DNA of 63,293 nucleotides, the filler included, from Sphacelaria rigidula (Eukaryota), in assembly GCA_964200075.2 (NCBI GenBank). It is 8 parts of 8 records of this genome, joined end to end, with 100 filler letters (N's around TTAATTAATTAA, not from the genome) between each part and the next. Parts side by side here need not be neighbours in the genome. Positions count along the whole stretch, not along the records: positions 23,775 to 31,598 come from CAXNAA020013346.1; positions 31,699 to 39,522 come from CAXNAA020013347.1; 6 more parts are not named here. One strand, 5' to 3'. A program made the position numbers and the translations under genes. Positions 24,150 to 37,940 of the stretch are shown here, piece after piece. Below the pieces are notes generated by a model. It ran no database searches. It was not told the origin of the DNA and saw nothing but the letters and a program-made list of their open reading frames with translations. Within the stretch, counting starts at the first letter, position 1; the number at the start of each line of letters is the position of its first letter.

Positions 24150-25344
24150 GTGAGTTTGAAACCTGGGACTCCGCGTGAGTTTTGCGTACGGGGGGTCTGG
24201 AACCGGCAGCGGCATCTGGCCTAAACCTGTCAATGTGCTACTGTAGTTACTAATAAGTAGAACCTGTGTGGATATCTCGTCTAACATGTGGATAGATATT
24301 CAAAAGCCTGAGTTGCGAAATGACCAGGAGCGAAACCCGCATCGACTGGCGAAAAAGTAACACCACGAAAAGGACGCAACATGCCATTACAGTGCGGGCG
24401 GACCCATACGAAGTATGATTGTGCCCGAAACAATGACATATTTTACATGGGTCATCATACTCCATTCAGACAGAGACCGCCTCTAGACTGAAGCGCCTTT
24501 CGGATTAGCATTTATTTCTCGATTTGTCGAGTCCTCGTTTTGTCGGTTTCATGCGACGCAAATACGAAACACCCTGTACAGCACCATGAAGGGGAGGTGG
24601 TGCTGGTGCTGTCGTCTCTTCATATGCCGCCCGGACCTCGCCATCGCTTCAACGCATTTGACCACATGCTGCGGAACGCGCGGTACGCTCACCGACCGTA
24701 CGTACTCCTCTTCGGAGGCATGCTGGCGCTCCCTACATCATGAACATGTTGAACTAGATGCGTACATCATGAATCGCGTTGCAAAGCGAATGTCGTAAGA
24801 AGAGTGGTGCCGCGATAGCCCCCCCCGCAAAAAACTAGTCCGGAAATTGTCACGAAGAAAATGTTCGTACAGCGCATGATACCTGGTTTCAGACTGCATG
24901 AAGCGCCTCGTATGGGCGACAGTAGCAAAAATAATCTCGAGCACGGGAGTTCTCAGCTGCTCGGCGTGCTTGGCTTTTCTCATTTTGATTTTCATGTAGA
25001 TTTTTTACCTCCACAAACCAGCCGTTTTTTTTCTCTGGGGAGCTATCGCGGTACCAGCCCCAAGATATGTGGGTTTGTTTACAACGGCGAAATCAGGATG
25101 ATAACGCGCGTGTGCATCCGCAACCCGATGTATGCTGTACGTACGCCGTTTCACTTGCCCATAACGTGGCCACGGTGTGACATGTAGATGACATGTACCA
25201 GCGACCACCCGCCGCGCGGTGAATACCTGGAAGCTATCAAGAGTCATCCTACGATCGTCCGGGCGGGGGATGTCGGTCATTCTTTTACGAAAATGCCACT
25301 TGATATCGTCGTTGAAAGCGGCAGCTTTTGTCCGAACACGCTCG

Positions 25345-25515
25345 GAGCAATGCTACGGTAGGGGTGCACTTTTTTCGCGAAATTTTGTCTGGTTCAGGGG
25401 CTCCTAACGANNNNNNNNNNGCATATTTTTATAACTCGTGTTTTGGGTGAGATAAGGGGCTCCTAACAATTTTAATCTCAGAAATTATTTCTCTACCCCT
25501 ACCGTAGCATCACTC
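25345..25515. mobile_element. Sola2-like MITE spanning a 10-N gap
   Basis: GAGCAATGCTACGGTAGGGG ... CCCCTACCGTAGCATCACTC, with CTCG on both sides. Confidence 0.75.
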
Positions 25516-25649
25516 CTCGGAACCACTGAGATACACTTATTCACATTGATTGGCGCCGTCTTTCCCCAAAACAAACCGCACCGCGGGTATTAGGTTGTCT
25601 GATAAACCTATACAGAAACAGGCGATACAGGGGGTGTACCACTCACGGC

Positions 25650-26266
25650 GACAATAATCCCAAACTCGACTTCCTTCACAAGTAAGTTCGCTCTCCTCGC
25701 CGCCCCCCATCCATGCAGTACCTCCAAAGACCGCAAGAAACCTCAAACCCGACTTCCACAAGCGAAACAATGTTCCTTCCCACCTCCGGTCTCATATATG
25801 TACGATCTAGCGTGGAAATAAAAAAATCTCAAGCTCGCCTCCCCAACGCGATCGCCCTCTCCTTTCCCGTGCTGCCATTCCCACGTGTATCCAACCGAGG
25901 GCGGCAACAAATGCCGACTTCCACCTTTTCAACAAGGACAGGCCCCGTCCTCCCTGCTTCCATTCCAACCCGTACACCTCAAGTCGACAACGACCCCAAA
26001 GCTCGGGGTCCCCAGCGAGCAAGCCATCACTCTGCCCGATTTGTTCTATGAGCTTTGCCCCTCGATTCCTGCCTCCTCCCGTCACGCAAAACCAGCCTGC
26101 CAATTGGCATACCACAAGTGGTTGACGGGAAGTATGCCTCAGGGCGACAGCAAACTCAAGCTCATCTCCCCATGACTTGCGCTAATCCTCCCCCACCACC
26201 ACGCGTACATCAGCCAGGGCGACAACAAACCCCAGCAAGCTTGTCATTGTCCATGACGTCTCGCTC

Positions 26267-26317
<51 letters not shown>

Positions 26318-26780
26318 ACCACCAGCCACACACCAAAAACCACCCCCCCCCTCCCACCACCACCCCCCCCCCCCCCACCCGAACAAACCCGAGGGGAAAA
26401 AAAACCCCCCCCAAGCTTTTCTTTTTCCATGACGCCCCCCCCCCCCCCCCCCCCCCCCCCCCACCGCAACACGCGGACAATCTTCGGGGCCAAAACAAAT
26501 CCCAAGCTCGACTTCCTCTACAAGCAATCCTACCCTCTCCTCCGTCCTTATTCACACGCGTGAGCCCCCAATAGCCACAGGTGAATCCAAACTCGACTTC
26601 CTCCACAAGTAGTTCCCCCGCCTCCCTCGCCGCTCCTCCCATGAGGATATCTCAGGTTGCGACAAGATGCCTTACATTCGACGTCCACAGGCAACGCCCT
26701 GTTGTCCCATCTTTCACCCCCACTGTCATACGTGCACCACCCAGGGTGACAACAAACCCCCAAGCTCGCCTTGTTCGACG
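25650..26780. repeat. C-rich degenerate repeat array with poly-C runs
   Basis: About ten variants of CCCAAGCTCGACTTCC, interspersed with long C homopolymers at 26268-26462. Confidence 0.65.
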
Positions 26781-29700
26781 AGTAAGCACCACTTCCGTAC
26801 GTTGTTCGACGAGGAAACGTAGAGATGGTCCCAACCACAACTGCCGGGAGAAGGGAACAAACACACTTCGTAATACTGAGTGAGCCGTGCACTCGCTCCC
26901 GTTGGTTAGTTCAAGGGACAGGTGAGCACAGGCTTGGCTATTCCGACCACTTGTTGCGACGAAGAAGGTTTGTGTGCGTCATCAACATTCAAATCGTGAG
27001 TTCTCCCTTAACGGCGAAAATTTCCTAGATTCCTGCAGTTGAAATAGTTGCGCATAATACACATACCCATTCCGCCTACCAATACGGCAACACTCACCAA
27101 GGTTTCAGAGACCCATCTGATTTCTTGGGGGTGCTCACTTGATAAAATCAGGACGGCCAATGTCGATTCAGTGCATGCTTCGATCCTTTTTTCTCGACTT
27201 CGTCGGGTTTTCAATGTTGCGGCACTATGGCAAAATCGAACACGGCATGTACTCGTCCCCACGAGCAAGTATTCTACGTTTGCTCGAGGTGCGTTAATGG
27301 AACGAGCAGTCCACTGCGGTTCGGATCAAAACAGGAGGAAACGTTAGAATTGAAAGATGGTCAAGTGCGCCTTGTGCCCGTTCATCCGAGAGTTTGCGTT
27401 GCCCGTGAACAGCCTCGAGCTCTTTTTTTCCTGGCGGAACAATTCTTCTGTACTTTATGTTCTTGTAAGCGATATTTCATAGCTGGACGACGGCTGCAAC
27501 AAATATCAGCTCATATCTAGTTCTAGTTGGATCCGACCTGAACGAAGTACAAGATGGGTCCCCCGGGGATCAGATGAAGTGTTCAGGACTCCACCTATAT
27601 TTGTGTCAGGATACCACAAAATAAGTGCTTCATCCCGAAACACCAGTATCCGCCCGCCCACCTGAAACCAGGCTCTGGCCCATATTTCGCAAACGAAAAC
27701 TAACGGCCCGCCGGAGATACAGGTGTCGTTGAGCGTCGCGGCGCTTGAAAATGCATTTCAGGATGCTCAGGTGTTTCCCTGCATCGCCCGCAACATACGT
27801 CAACATACACCGAGATTGTCAGTAGAGAAAGAGCAAATATTGTCGATAACCGGGAAAAATGCACGCATGCACACGCAGATTTTCAAAACGGCTGGAACTG
27901 TATGCACAAACTCGCCGAGACTTGTTTGAAAATACACAACAAAGGACACCTTCCCAGGCCGCCCCAAGACTTTGTACACCGTCTTCCCACGCCGCATGCC
28001 TTGGTGGCACGGGAATCATCCTCTCTTCGCCGCTACACAAAAAAAAAACAAGCCAAGAAACAAAAAAAACTAAACAAAAGTTTCTTCTGCCCCACGATCT
28101 GGGGTGGGACGTTCGACGTTTCATCGCCCGCACACAGTAGTCTGGTCAAGGTCCACAGGGGTGACTGCTCGCCAAAGTCATGCCAAAAAAGTGTGGCGCC
28201 GCAGAATCTTCTCTCGCCAATCTTTCTTTGCAGCGTTCTTCCTGACTTTCCCTCCGTATCTCTACTACAGTGTCTTCCTCGATCATTAACTTTTGGCGGA
28301 GGATAGCTATGTAGTCTGCGCTCGTGGCGCGTGTGAACTGTCCTGCATGTGAAACACATCAGGTGCATTTCACCTACTTTTTCGCTACGCATCCGTGACG
28401 GCTCGTAGATTACCTTACTCGCATGACTACGATCACCGGCAGATTGTGGCCCAGCAACCCGTCACCCCGAACTCACGGTTGAAGCATTGAAGTTCTTGGC
28501 TCGGCCGTCATGTTCGGATTTTGGGGTTTCTCGATAGTCCAATGCGCTCACCCAGCACTCGCAGCAAGCGAGCGTGGTGGATCAGTACCGATTTGACCTC
28601 CGCAAAACAACATAAATTATACCCACTGGGGCATCCTCCGCATCCCCCTTGCCCGAGGATTCTCGGTCTGCCTCGGTTTGGGGTTTGGGTTGGGATGAAC
28701 TTATTCTCTTTTTTCTTGTTCTCGTTGTAACTTTTCAACTCCTCATCTTTTTCGGGACACGTCCGTGGTCTCCAGGGATCATTAACTCATCTCTCCCCCG
28801 GTACAGTACACGCCTTCCCTCTCGTATCGTATCGCGTATTGGATCGGCACTCCCGCATCGCGTCTACTGTCGTCTGACAAACGCACATAAACAGGCTGTT
28901 TTCGCTTCTCTCGTTCTCACGCATTCAACCACAGGTATCAAATACCTCGGAGAAAAAGCCAGACTAAGCGCATCCTGGGCGCCAATCGAACCCGCGCCTT
29001 GTCCGACCTGAAGGTGTCAGGTGTACCCATTAGACCTCCCGGGCGCAGCGGGTGGGATTTGACAAATCAAGGTTGTTTCAACTGTGGGTTGAGGCCACGG
29101 GCTGAGGTAAAGTCACCTCCTACTTACTGTGCCGACGAGTATACCGTGCATGATACCCCATTCTCGTACCCCGCTCGCATTTCACCCGATGGCGGGTATA
29201 TTCTACTTTGCCCTCAGGGTATATCATTTTTCACCATGCGGGGTACGAGGGGCACATACCGTGTGTCTACGTAACTTCTCCCAGCTCGCATGTCTCCCCA
29301 AGCCGAGTTAGGGGAATCGTATCAACAGATGCGGCAGTTCAGTCGAAGCAACGTGCTTCATGTGTCCCAGCGCATCACCACCCCGTGTCGTGCGTCGAGT
29401 ATTTCGACCGCTCCTCCGAACTAAAATATGCTCAACGTGCCCAAACGCTTCGCACGTGGAGGGGTTGTTGAGCAAGGAAAAACATCAGACGACGAAACAA
29501 ATGGCAACACAGCCCCCGTCGGTGGAACTACGCTCGCGAGAACAACGTCAGACAACAGCGGCGCCCTTCCCGCTGCCAGGTTCAATGAAACGTGTAATAC
29601 TCGAATGAAAAAAAAGAGTCTTTCAATGCGCCGTTTTCCCATACCCAGTAGAAACACGATCATCTCTCTTGTGAGATCATGAGCACGCCCCCTACTGAGA

Positions 29701-30249
29701 ATGCTGATGCATCATCCTCCCAGCGCTCAAGCCATGCCGCCTGAATATGATCGATGCAGGCTAGCAGATTCGACCTTGGCAACAGCCACAAGTACACACC
29801 GAAAACATCACTACAACATACACACGACACAAAAAACATCAACAAGGAGATACGTTCAGTACCCCAAAATTGTTGAGGCACGCAAAAACACAAGAACCGA
29901 AGAATCGCGGGTGATATTAATATGCTAGCCTCGATTTTTTCTTGAGTAAGTTCAGCCATTTCACCCAAGCAACCCGTGCAGGAGATACCCATAAACACAT
30001 GCACACACCTCGACAAGCGTTATCTCGGACGACAAAGAGTTTCAGCGACAGGCACCGCCTTCTCCTACAAAAACAAACAAGGGCTAAGACCCCCCCCCCC
30101 CCCCCTCCCCCCCGGTGCCCAAACCCATCAAATTCCCTTTCCACTTCGGGGTTCTTCCCCCACCCCCCTCCCCCCCCCCATTCCCGCCGGTTGCCAAATC
30201 CTATACATTGCCCTGTCATCTACGGTGATCTTCCCACTACGCTCTCGTC

Positions 30250-30660
30250 TCAGCTTTCGACTTCTGCAGAGGGGGGTGCCGGAGGCTGCACTGAGGCATC
30301 AGCGAGCGCCGGTCGTACAGCAGTGTCCGGCGTTACCCCGACCGTAGCCCCACTCCCACTAGCCTCGTCCTCTTCGACAAGGGGTGGCGGGTGGGCGCCC
30401 GTCGACGCGCAGCACGCGCCCCGGCTCACGGTGCTCAAGGCCGGGGGCAGTACGCGACGCCGTACGCGCGGCGCGGGTTGCGGTGTGGAAAGCTGCTGTA
30501 TCCACAGATGGGCTGCCACGGTGTGGGGGTGTTGGGCACCGAGATGCCTGGAGTAGATGTCCTCCGAGCGCGTGAATAGAGGCAAGGCTTCCTGAGGGCG
30601 ACCGAGGGTTGCCAGTAGGCCGGCTACATTGTTGAGGGCTGAGGCTACCTTGATGTCGTC
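30250..30660 (-). CDS. TPR-repeat protein (kinesin-light-chain / TPR_12 type), last exon
   Basis: Acceptor CTCCAG|GAC; VASALNNVAGLLATLGRPQEALPLFTRSEDIYSRHLGAQHPHT is a typical 42-aa TPR unit, followed by a low-complexity tail and a stop. Confidence 0.85.
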   Translation of the reverse strand, partial: DDIKVASALNNVAGLLATLGRPQEALPLFTRSEDIYSRHLGAQHPHTVAAHLWIQQLSTPQPAPRVRRRVLPPALSTVSRGACCASTGAHPPPLVEEDEASGSGATVGVTPDTAVRPALADASVQPPAPPSAEVES

Positions 30661-30844
30661 CTGGAGAGGTGGGGGGGAAATAGAGAAAAAGAAACATGAC
30701 AGAATGTCAGGATCAAGACAAGGAAAAACAATTTCACTCATTTATGCTTTTCATTTCGTTCATCTTGTCAAGCCTGCCCCCCGCCCCCTCCTGATTTCCT
30801 TCGGGTATTCAACAGGTTTTGCCACGAACACAGAGCGGGGGAGG

Positions 30845-31560
30845 GGGGCTGGGGGTATACTCATGATCTTGCGTGCCGTAATCATATGGCCATTGACCTC
30901 GCATTTCTTCAAAGCAAACACGGAGTACGTTGGGTTTTCGCCGGACAAGGCTCGCAAACAATCACCAAGCGCGAGGCCAAAGTGACAGGCAGGTACCGCG
31001 GGGGGGGGAGTACTCATGATCTTGGATGCCATAGTCATCCGACCATTGACCTTGCATCCCTACAAAGCCGTGACGGAGCACGCCGGGCTTTCGCCGGACT
31101 AGGCTCGCAGTCTATTACCAAGCGCAAGACCAAACTGACAGGTAAGTACCAGGGGGGGGGGGAGCCTTCAATGGTTATCTTGCATTTGGATGGCAGCCTT
31201 CCATGATTTGCTTCGTTTTTAGGTATTGCCACTTCCAGAGGCAGCCACGGCTCACGCACTGCCTCACGAGTGTCTCACGATATAAACGCGACGTAGTACG
31301 ATCATCCCCTGTGCGCGGAGTTGAGGTTCTCCACCCCGCACACCATGATATACTGCAGCTCGACCACCGTCATGGTTGCCGCAGAAAAATCGGCAACCTG
31401 GTTGCCTAGCTCATGCAGTGAGTGGCGCGTTTTACAGCGTCATCGCCAACCGACGCAAACCCCATAGAGGGTCCGTCCCTACAAAGCCGGGAGGAGGACG
31501 CTGGGTTTTCGCCGGACCAGGCTGTGGGGGGAGGGGGGGGGGGGCGTACTCATTTGTTGC
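30845..31560 (+). repeat. Dispersed repeat family A with an approximately 155-bp tandem subunit
   Basis: Two tandem units begin G-run-TACTCATGATCTTG (about 30850 and 31005). Homologous to 1600-1930, 15440-15730 and 63085-63293. Confidence 0.85.
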
Positions 31561-31598
31561 TTGCCTTAGTCATTTGACCATTGACCACGCATCCCTTT

Positions 31599-31698
31599 NN
31601 NNNNNNNNNNNNNNNNNNNNNNNNNNNNNNNNNNNNNNNNNNTTAATTAATTAANNNNNNNNNNNNNNNNNNNNNNNNNNNNNNNNNNNNNNNNNNNN
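31599..31698. other. Artificial contig linker
   Basis: 44 N + TTAATTAATTAA + 44 N. Confidence 0.99.
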
Positions 31699-31904
31699 GG
31701 CTAGAACGAACCCAAGCGTGGGAATTCTCAGCTTCTTATTGTGCTCAGCCTTTTTTCATTTCGACTTACGTGAAGATTTTGCCTCCCAAAACCATGCGCT
31801 TTTGGGGGGGGGGGGGCTATCGTAGAAAGTGTCGCCTGTTTTTTTTTTTTTTCATGAGTTATTCACGACTAGTTCCGAAAAACAAAATTGAGATGTTTAA
31901 TCGC

Positions 31905-32460
31905 CAACAACTCACTGAGAATTGAATAAAATATAGGGGAGAGATAATGGGGTCTTCGCACGTACGTCTTGTGTATCGTGTCAAAATTTCACAGAAAACG
32001 ACCCAAAATCGACCAGCATAATTGGGTGTTCGTGTCGAGACCGGTTCCTCTGTGGAGATGAACCAGGCACGAAAAAATGAAACGCGGTTATGCTGTTCAA
32101 TTCAACTCTTTTTCCACGAAATTCTGAGATGATGTGCATGAGGTATGTTGTAAAGACCCAATTGTCCCCCCTTAATTTTTTTTTCCTTCAATGAGCTGTC
32201 GACGATTTTGTACCGAGAAGATGGTACAATTTTTCGAACAATAACTCACAAAGGGAAAAAAAAAATGAAGGGGAAATGATAGGGGCTTCGCTCACACCTC
32301 ATGTACATCGTGTCAGAATTTTGTAGCAAGCGACTCAAAATTGACCAGCGCAACCGCGCTTTTCTGTTGGGAACCCGTTGGCTTGGTTTCAGAGTACAAC
32401 AATATCAGCCGGAGCTTTGACGCTCTCTACAAGCTTTCGTCACCCGCTGCTCACCGGTTC
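31905..32460. repeat. Degenerate direct repeat, about 330-bp spacing
   Basis: CAACAACTCAC...ATCGTGTCAAAATTT...AAAATCGACCAGC at 31905-32018 recurs at 32239-32349. Confidence 0.65.
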
Positions 32461-32849
32461 GCACACTGGTACCAGACGCCTTGGCGCGCTGGAGGCCTCG
32501 ACTGCGTGCCATCTCAGAGACTGCGCGCCTCCAGCACGACATGCATTGTTGTACAACCACAACTTGTGCAGCACCATCACCCTGCGGCCGCAGCACAACC
32601 GACTGTAACCGAAAATGCGATTTCAGCCGTTTTTTCTCACTAATTCCGCCGCACATGTCACCATCAACCCTCTACACTTCCCAGCTGACTGCAGTTTGAT
32701 ATTTCATTTGCTGTGAACTGGTGGGATCGCAGCGTTACGTGAAGTGAAAGACGCGCGTTGATTTGCAGATTACCACGATGTGTCATAGTAGGCAAAACTC
32801 GCGATGCATCGCCAGTTAGACCATCTTTAACGGCAGTCACCAATCTCGA

Positions 32850-33350
32850 CTTTTTCGAACACCGGGGGAAAAAAACCCGGGGAACGCATTTCATGGGTCC
32901 CGATATAAATCGGAGTGTCATGATCTCGGAACGGTTTTCCCCGACTTTTTCGGACAAATCGTTTCGAAATCGTTTCGAGATCGTGACTGCCCCCAATTTT
33001 TTTGAGATGACGTACGTGCATTCACGTACTATGGTAGGGTACGAGGCGTTTGATACTTTTGCAACCGCAGCAGAAGATAGTCTCGTGACAGCGCAGGGCG
33101 TGCCTGCCCGCGCCAGCTGCTGAAGCAGCTTTGCACGGGGTTTGATGAGCGGATAATAAGTGCTGACGCCGTACCTTGCGGCGAGGGTAATATGTTATGC
33201 TGCGCTGCGCTGGGCTGCCATGTGTATCACTACAACGAACGGTACTGGACTCTCCTAGTATGTTTTCGCTATACTTGCGGGGTTATGTATTGCACTGCAC
33301 TACTGAACTCTGCTCGCGCACTGTTTATTCTCTGTTCTCGCAATACTGAA
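32850..33350 (+). repeat. Dispersed repeat family B
   Basis: Reverse complement of about 44510-45310, without the 44596-44912 insertion. Confidence 0.8.
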
Positions 33351-34434
33351 TGTTCCATCATGTACGACCGCACGGCGTTATCATATACTGCATTGATGGA
33401 GTGTCCGGCACAGTATTACCCTAGAGTACCAAGGTACGACACTGTTCTCGAAGGATTATTTACCACCTGCCTACTCTTCAGCTTCATGCACGAGTACGCA
33501 GTACCACACTCATGCAGAAAATGACCGTCTGTGTACTGAACTGTTTCACAAATCTGTGATAATGTCTGTACCATAAACGGTCCCCCCGATTTTGAGTTCG
33601 CGAATTTGAGTTTCCCCGATGCGGAAGAAATCGGGATCTCCACGAAATCGAGATCCGTTGCCATAAAAGATGGTCTTAGAACCCGCTGAAAAAAATCCGC
33701 TCCTTGGGCGGCCTAGCCTGTACGTATATTCCTGGGACATGCCATTCTTGCAGAATACGTAGTATTTTAATACTATACGACGCAGGCATGGGAATGATAT
33801 CTTGCTCCACGATGGATGTGACCCGGCGTACTGTCGTATGATTTGTTCATACGTAAATTGAGTGTTCCGGGGAACTACTGTCGCACATCACCATTTGTTT
33901 GACGTCCGTGACTCGAGGCGTACGTGACTGTGAGCCGTACTGTACTTGCGGTACCCACCATTCTACTTATTTACAGACTGTGCAGACAGTACAGTACAAT
34001 GCTGCATGCATTGCCTGTACAGTATGTGTGTTTCGTACAGCATACAGGCGCAATGTGGAACAGAAGCGGGCAACGCGACATACAGACCGCAGAGCTGTTT
34101 GTAATATTTGCATACAGGATGTGAGGAAAAATTGAACTGCGTGTAGTTTTGTACGTCCTCTACCGTTCATGAGCGTGTTTGCAATTCGGTCGCCCACCCC
34201 AACACGCAACTCTGTCGGTTGACCCTACAGCCTCTGCCCAGGAGGCAGCGCGGAGAAAAACCCAGACAGGTAGCCCTCCCTCCCCCCCCCCCTCCGGAGG
34301 GCATTTAAAAAATATATTTTTTGTCAACTTCGTTGCAAGAAATTGATCAATACAAACTGACAAAAACCGAAAAGTCTGGCAGGCTTTGCGTGGTTCGTAT
34401 ATCTGCTTCTACTCCTTGCCCGCTTCGTCCCAAT

Positions 34435-34621
34435 TGTAATGCGTGAGAGGACCGCGTGTTTGGGGACCGCATCGTAGTTCCATACACCTCAGGATTGACG
34501 TTTTTCAAAAACCAATCGGGTCAGCCCCTTCAGGGACCACGCCCCTGACCCTAACCCTAACCATAGGGATGTTCAAATTATGATGCGGTCCTCTAAGCAC
34601 GCGGTCCTCTCACGCATTATA
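34435..34621. mobile_element. TGT...ACA MITE (Ginger-like), copy 2, with a telomere-like tract
   Basis: TIRs TGTAATGCGTGAGAGGACCGCGTG / CACGCGGTCCTCTCACGCATTATA; flanks CCAAT/CCGAC; a paralogous empty site (CCGAT) lies near 35947; internal CCCTGACCCTAACCCTAACC. Confidence 0.8.
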
Positions 34622-34686
34622 CCGACGATCTCAGATGCCGGAGGGCATTTTTTCGGAGATTGTCCTGTTTTTTCCCCCCCCGGTCA

Positions 34687-35837
34687 CCCTTTTGGGACCG
34701 GATCCCCACTAATACAGGGTTGACCCTGTGTTAGTGAAATAACTAAAAATAAGTCTTCGAGCGACCTGCCCAATCACGGCGAGGCGAAAATTATCGACCA
34801 GACCCGAACGACCAGCGCAGGGATTGTTGTCGAGTGTGGTGCCACTGCAAAGATCGTGTGGAAGCCCTATCCCTGGCCCAGATAAGCCTTCCCAGGTTTC
34901 CAAGTGCAACGTGGTCGCGGCTAGGTTTTATGGTACTACTTGCACTCAGTATACCGTTCCCGAGTTTTTTCGGACTGTTTTTTGGGTCCCAGTTCTATAC
35001 TAAAACGTAGTAATTTACACTAACACAGGGTGGGCCGGAAAAAACCGGGAAGGAGTGTACATGCCACCATGTGGTCATTTTTACGAGGCACAAAATCCAG
35101 GTGGGCTGTGGAAAGACAAAAGGAGCTACCGTCATGAATTATGCGTATCCCTCTGCGGATGACTTTCAGTGTGCAGTCCACATGTATGTTGTGGACGGGG
35201 ATGACAAAGCTTTATATAGGGAGCTGATTTCGGTAGGTAAGAATTGCCCAGAACGTGCAAGGGAGTGTGCAGCGGCAGCTGCTGCTTCAGTTGGAGAGGC
35301 GTACTAGACTGTCCTGTACTATACTGTTGTATGCATGCGTGCCGCAACGCTAATACCGTTTGAAGAGAATTCACCGCATGCAACAAGGTGGGAAATGGCG
35401 GCCCACCCCGACCACAAAGGGCTGTGTGGCAAGGTGATCGGGACAAAATTATCATCCAAAGCCACAAGTGGCGGGCAGCCCTCCCGTCGTCGCATCCTGG
35501 TGGAAGCTCTCTACCACGACCCACACTGCTTGCTACATAAGATGTACACCACCACCTAATGCGCACCCTGCACCTGAAAAAAGACTAGATGGAACTTTCG
35601 GTCTTTGTCATAACCCTGCGGTTACATACGCGGATTTTCAGCAACACGCCACTGTTTCGTGCACAAAACAGTGGCGTGTGGCTGAAAATCCGCGTATGTA
35701 ACCGCAGGGTTATGGCGAAGACCGAAAGTTTCATCCGAACNNNNNNNNNAGCAACACGCCACTGTTTCGTGCAAACGCCAGACACGTCATTCCTGACCAG
35801 CCTCATTGGTCGTTCTGGAGGCCCGGTCGCGAAAGGG
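34687..35837 (+). mobile_element. piggyBac-type non-autonomous element, older copy
   Basis: CCCTTTTGGGACCGG ... CCGGTCGCGAAAGGG, with flanks GTCA/TTAA. The interior is homologous to the reverse complement of 51425-52488. Confidence 0.75.
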
Positions 35838-37401
35838 TTAATTTTGTTGCAAGAAATTGATCAAGAAACACTGATAAAAATCGAAAAGTCTGGTGGGCTT
35901 TGCGGGTTTTATATAATATTTGCTTCTGCTCCTTGCTCGCTCTGTCCCGATGGCCTCAGATCTCCGTGCCAAGGATCTCTGTCCACGACAGCTGATATCA
36001 TCCGCCAACGCTTCGGCAATAAACCAGGGGACAGACGTCTGGGTCCCCCCTCAAAGACTCATTTTGTCGATCTTGGGGCCTACATTTCCATATTTGTTTT
36101 TTACGCTGCCCCCTGGCCTACCACAAATTTAGATGACCAAATTTTCGCTTACAAAAGAAAGACACATCAAGCCAAGAGGGCGGTGGTGTCGGTTCCCCAT
36201 CACTGCAGTGTGGGTATCCCTGTGCTCAGCTCGTGATCTATGCTCCAGGGTTGAGTTGGTAGCTGCGAATGAACCATGTTGGTGCGGTTTGCATAATACT
36301 TTAAAATGCGGCATGTGGCATGGTTGTGTGCAACGTTGGAGTCATGTGCCCCCTCGTTTATTTCCACCGCTCGTTTCGCTCGAAAAAGCTAAGCTTTTCT
36401 GTTTCTGATCCTGCCCGTCGCACGCAAATGATTATAAAATGGACTTGAAGCCATCTGAGAACTTAAATGCCGTGGATGTATCAGATACGAGCTAATTCCG
36501 ACGAAGTCGATTCGACCGCATGTTTCCGAGTCGAAAATTTTGCCTCAGTCGTGTCCATCTTCGATAGGCTATTCAAGCCATGCCCGTGGCGTCGCTATGC
36601 CGGGTTACAAAATCACTGAACAACGCACACCAGGTAGGATTCTGCAGATAAATGTAAAGCTTCGAAGTTTTCCCGCTATACCTGTACAATGGTGACGAGG
36701 GTAAAGTATCGGGTACTATATCCTAGATACCTTCGATTTTGGTTTGGGTTGTCGTGTCACAAGTATACAGTACAGTAGGCCGCGTGCCGTGGTGTACAGA
36801 ATCAACGACTCGGATTACCCGATACCCTATACCATATTGTGATCGCATTTTGACGCAATGCAGCGCGACAGGTCATGATCACACGCTTTGTGAGCGAGGC
36901 TTGGCCAGGTACAAGGATATATAAAATTCCCTCTAGCCTTCAGACTACATCGACACCTTGAAGCTGTGCAACGTGTCGGTTCATGACCGTACTTGTTTGG
37001 GAGAGACTTGATGGGGTATAACAACAACGCAACCAACTTCGGTGTACAAGACAGCTTCAGCGAAGACACGATGAGGGAGCCTCTCAGCAGAGGCATGCAC
37101 AGCACAACGGACGAATCGTTTCCGACCTAAGTTCCAACCAGTGTCAGCCACAAGACGCAATCTAATGAAGTACAGCCAGTGCGGACACAGCACAGCACAG
37201 CATATACAGTACGAGCAGCACAGTCGTGGTAACTGTGCTATACGGTGAAGGACTGAGCGGTCACACACCCTACCTACCATAGTGTACACCAGCAATGCGG
37301 ACCTACTACAGTATCGTCGACCTAACTGGCTAATGTTCTCTGTATTTATCCCCGCAATTTCGCCTTCGGCATAACCAGTGTCGAATAATTCAGAGACTCA
37401 C

Positions 37402-37589
37402 CGTGTATTGTCGACTATATCTATGCGCGCAGCCGGCCTCTCAGCAGCGTAGCTCTGGCTCCATGAAGCTCTGGCTCCGTGCTCACTGTCTGTCCACCTG
37501 TCGCTTGTTTTGTCCGTTTGCAGTAACAGCAGATCCTCCGCGTGTGATGTTTGTGAGCCATTATCCAATTTCTCGTAGGTAGGTGCCAT
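37402..37589 (-). CDS. Possible first exon of an unidentified gene
   Basis: ATG at 37589; MAPTYEKLDNGSQ...IDIVDNT; ends at a consensus donor CG|GTGAGT. No homology recognised. Confidence 0.3.
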
Positions 37590-37940
37590 AAACATTTGTT
37601 TTGCCCTCCCCGCATAGCTCAAGTGGAGGGTCAGAAGGAAGGGCATATTATCGTATTTCTTGATGAATGGCTTCAGATATCTCTACCAACTATTAAAAAA
37701 TGAACTCTACGCACAATTCCTCTCACCACTTCCACATCATGACCGCGAGCTCTGCGACAATCTGTCCATCGCGGGTCTGATACCTCATTCGGTGGCTTCC
37801 AGGTTTTCATCGCACGTGGCAGCATCCCCGACAGCAAGACAGAGGACTTCCCACAGAAGATGGTGATGGCTAGGAGTAGTAGCATCAAGCCTACCACCAA
37901 CAAAATTAAACGATGCCAGCGATGTCGGCAGTCCGCCTCC

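Noticed and set aside
26055..26642. Pro-rich and Gly-rich ORFs
   Set aside because: They arise from C homopolymer runs that are open in several frames; no coding evidence.
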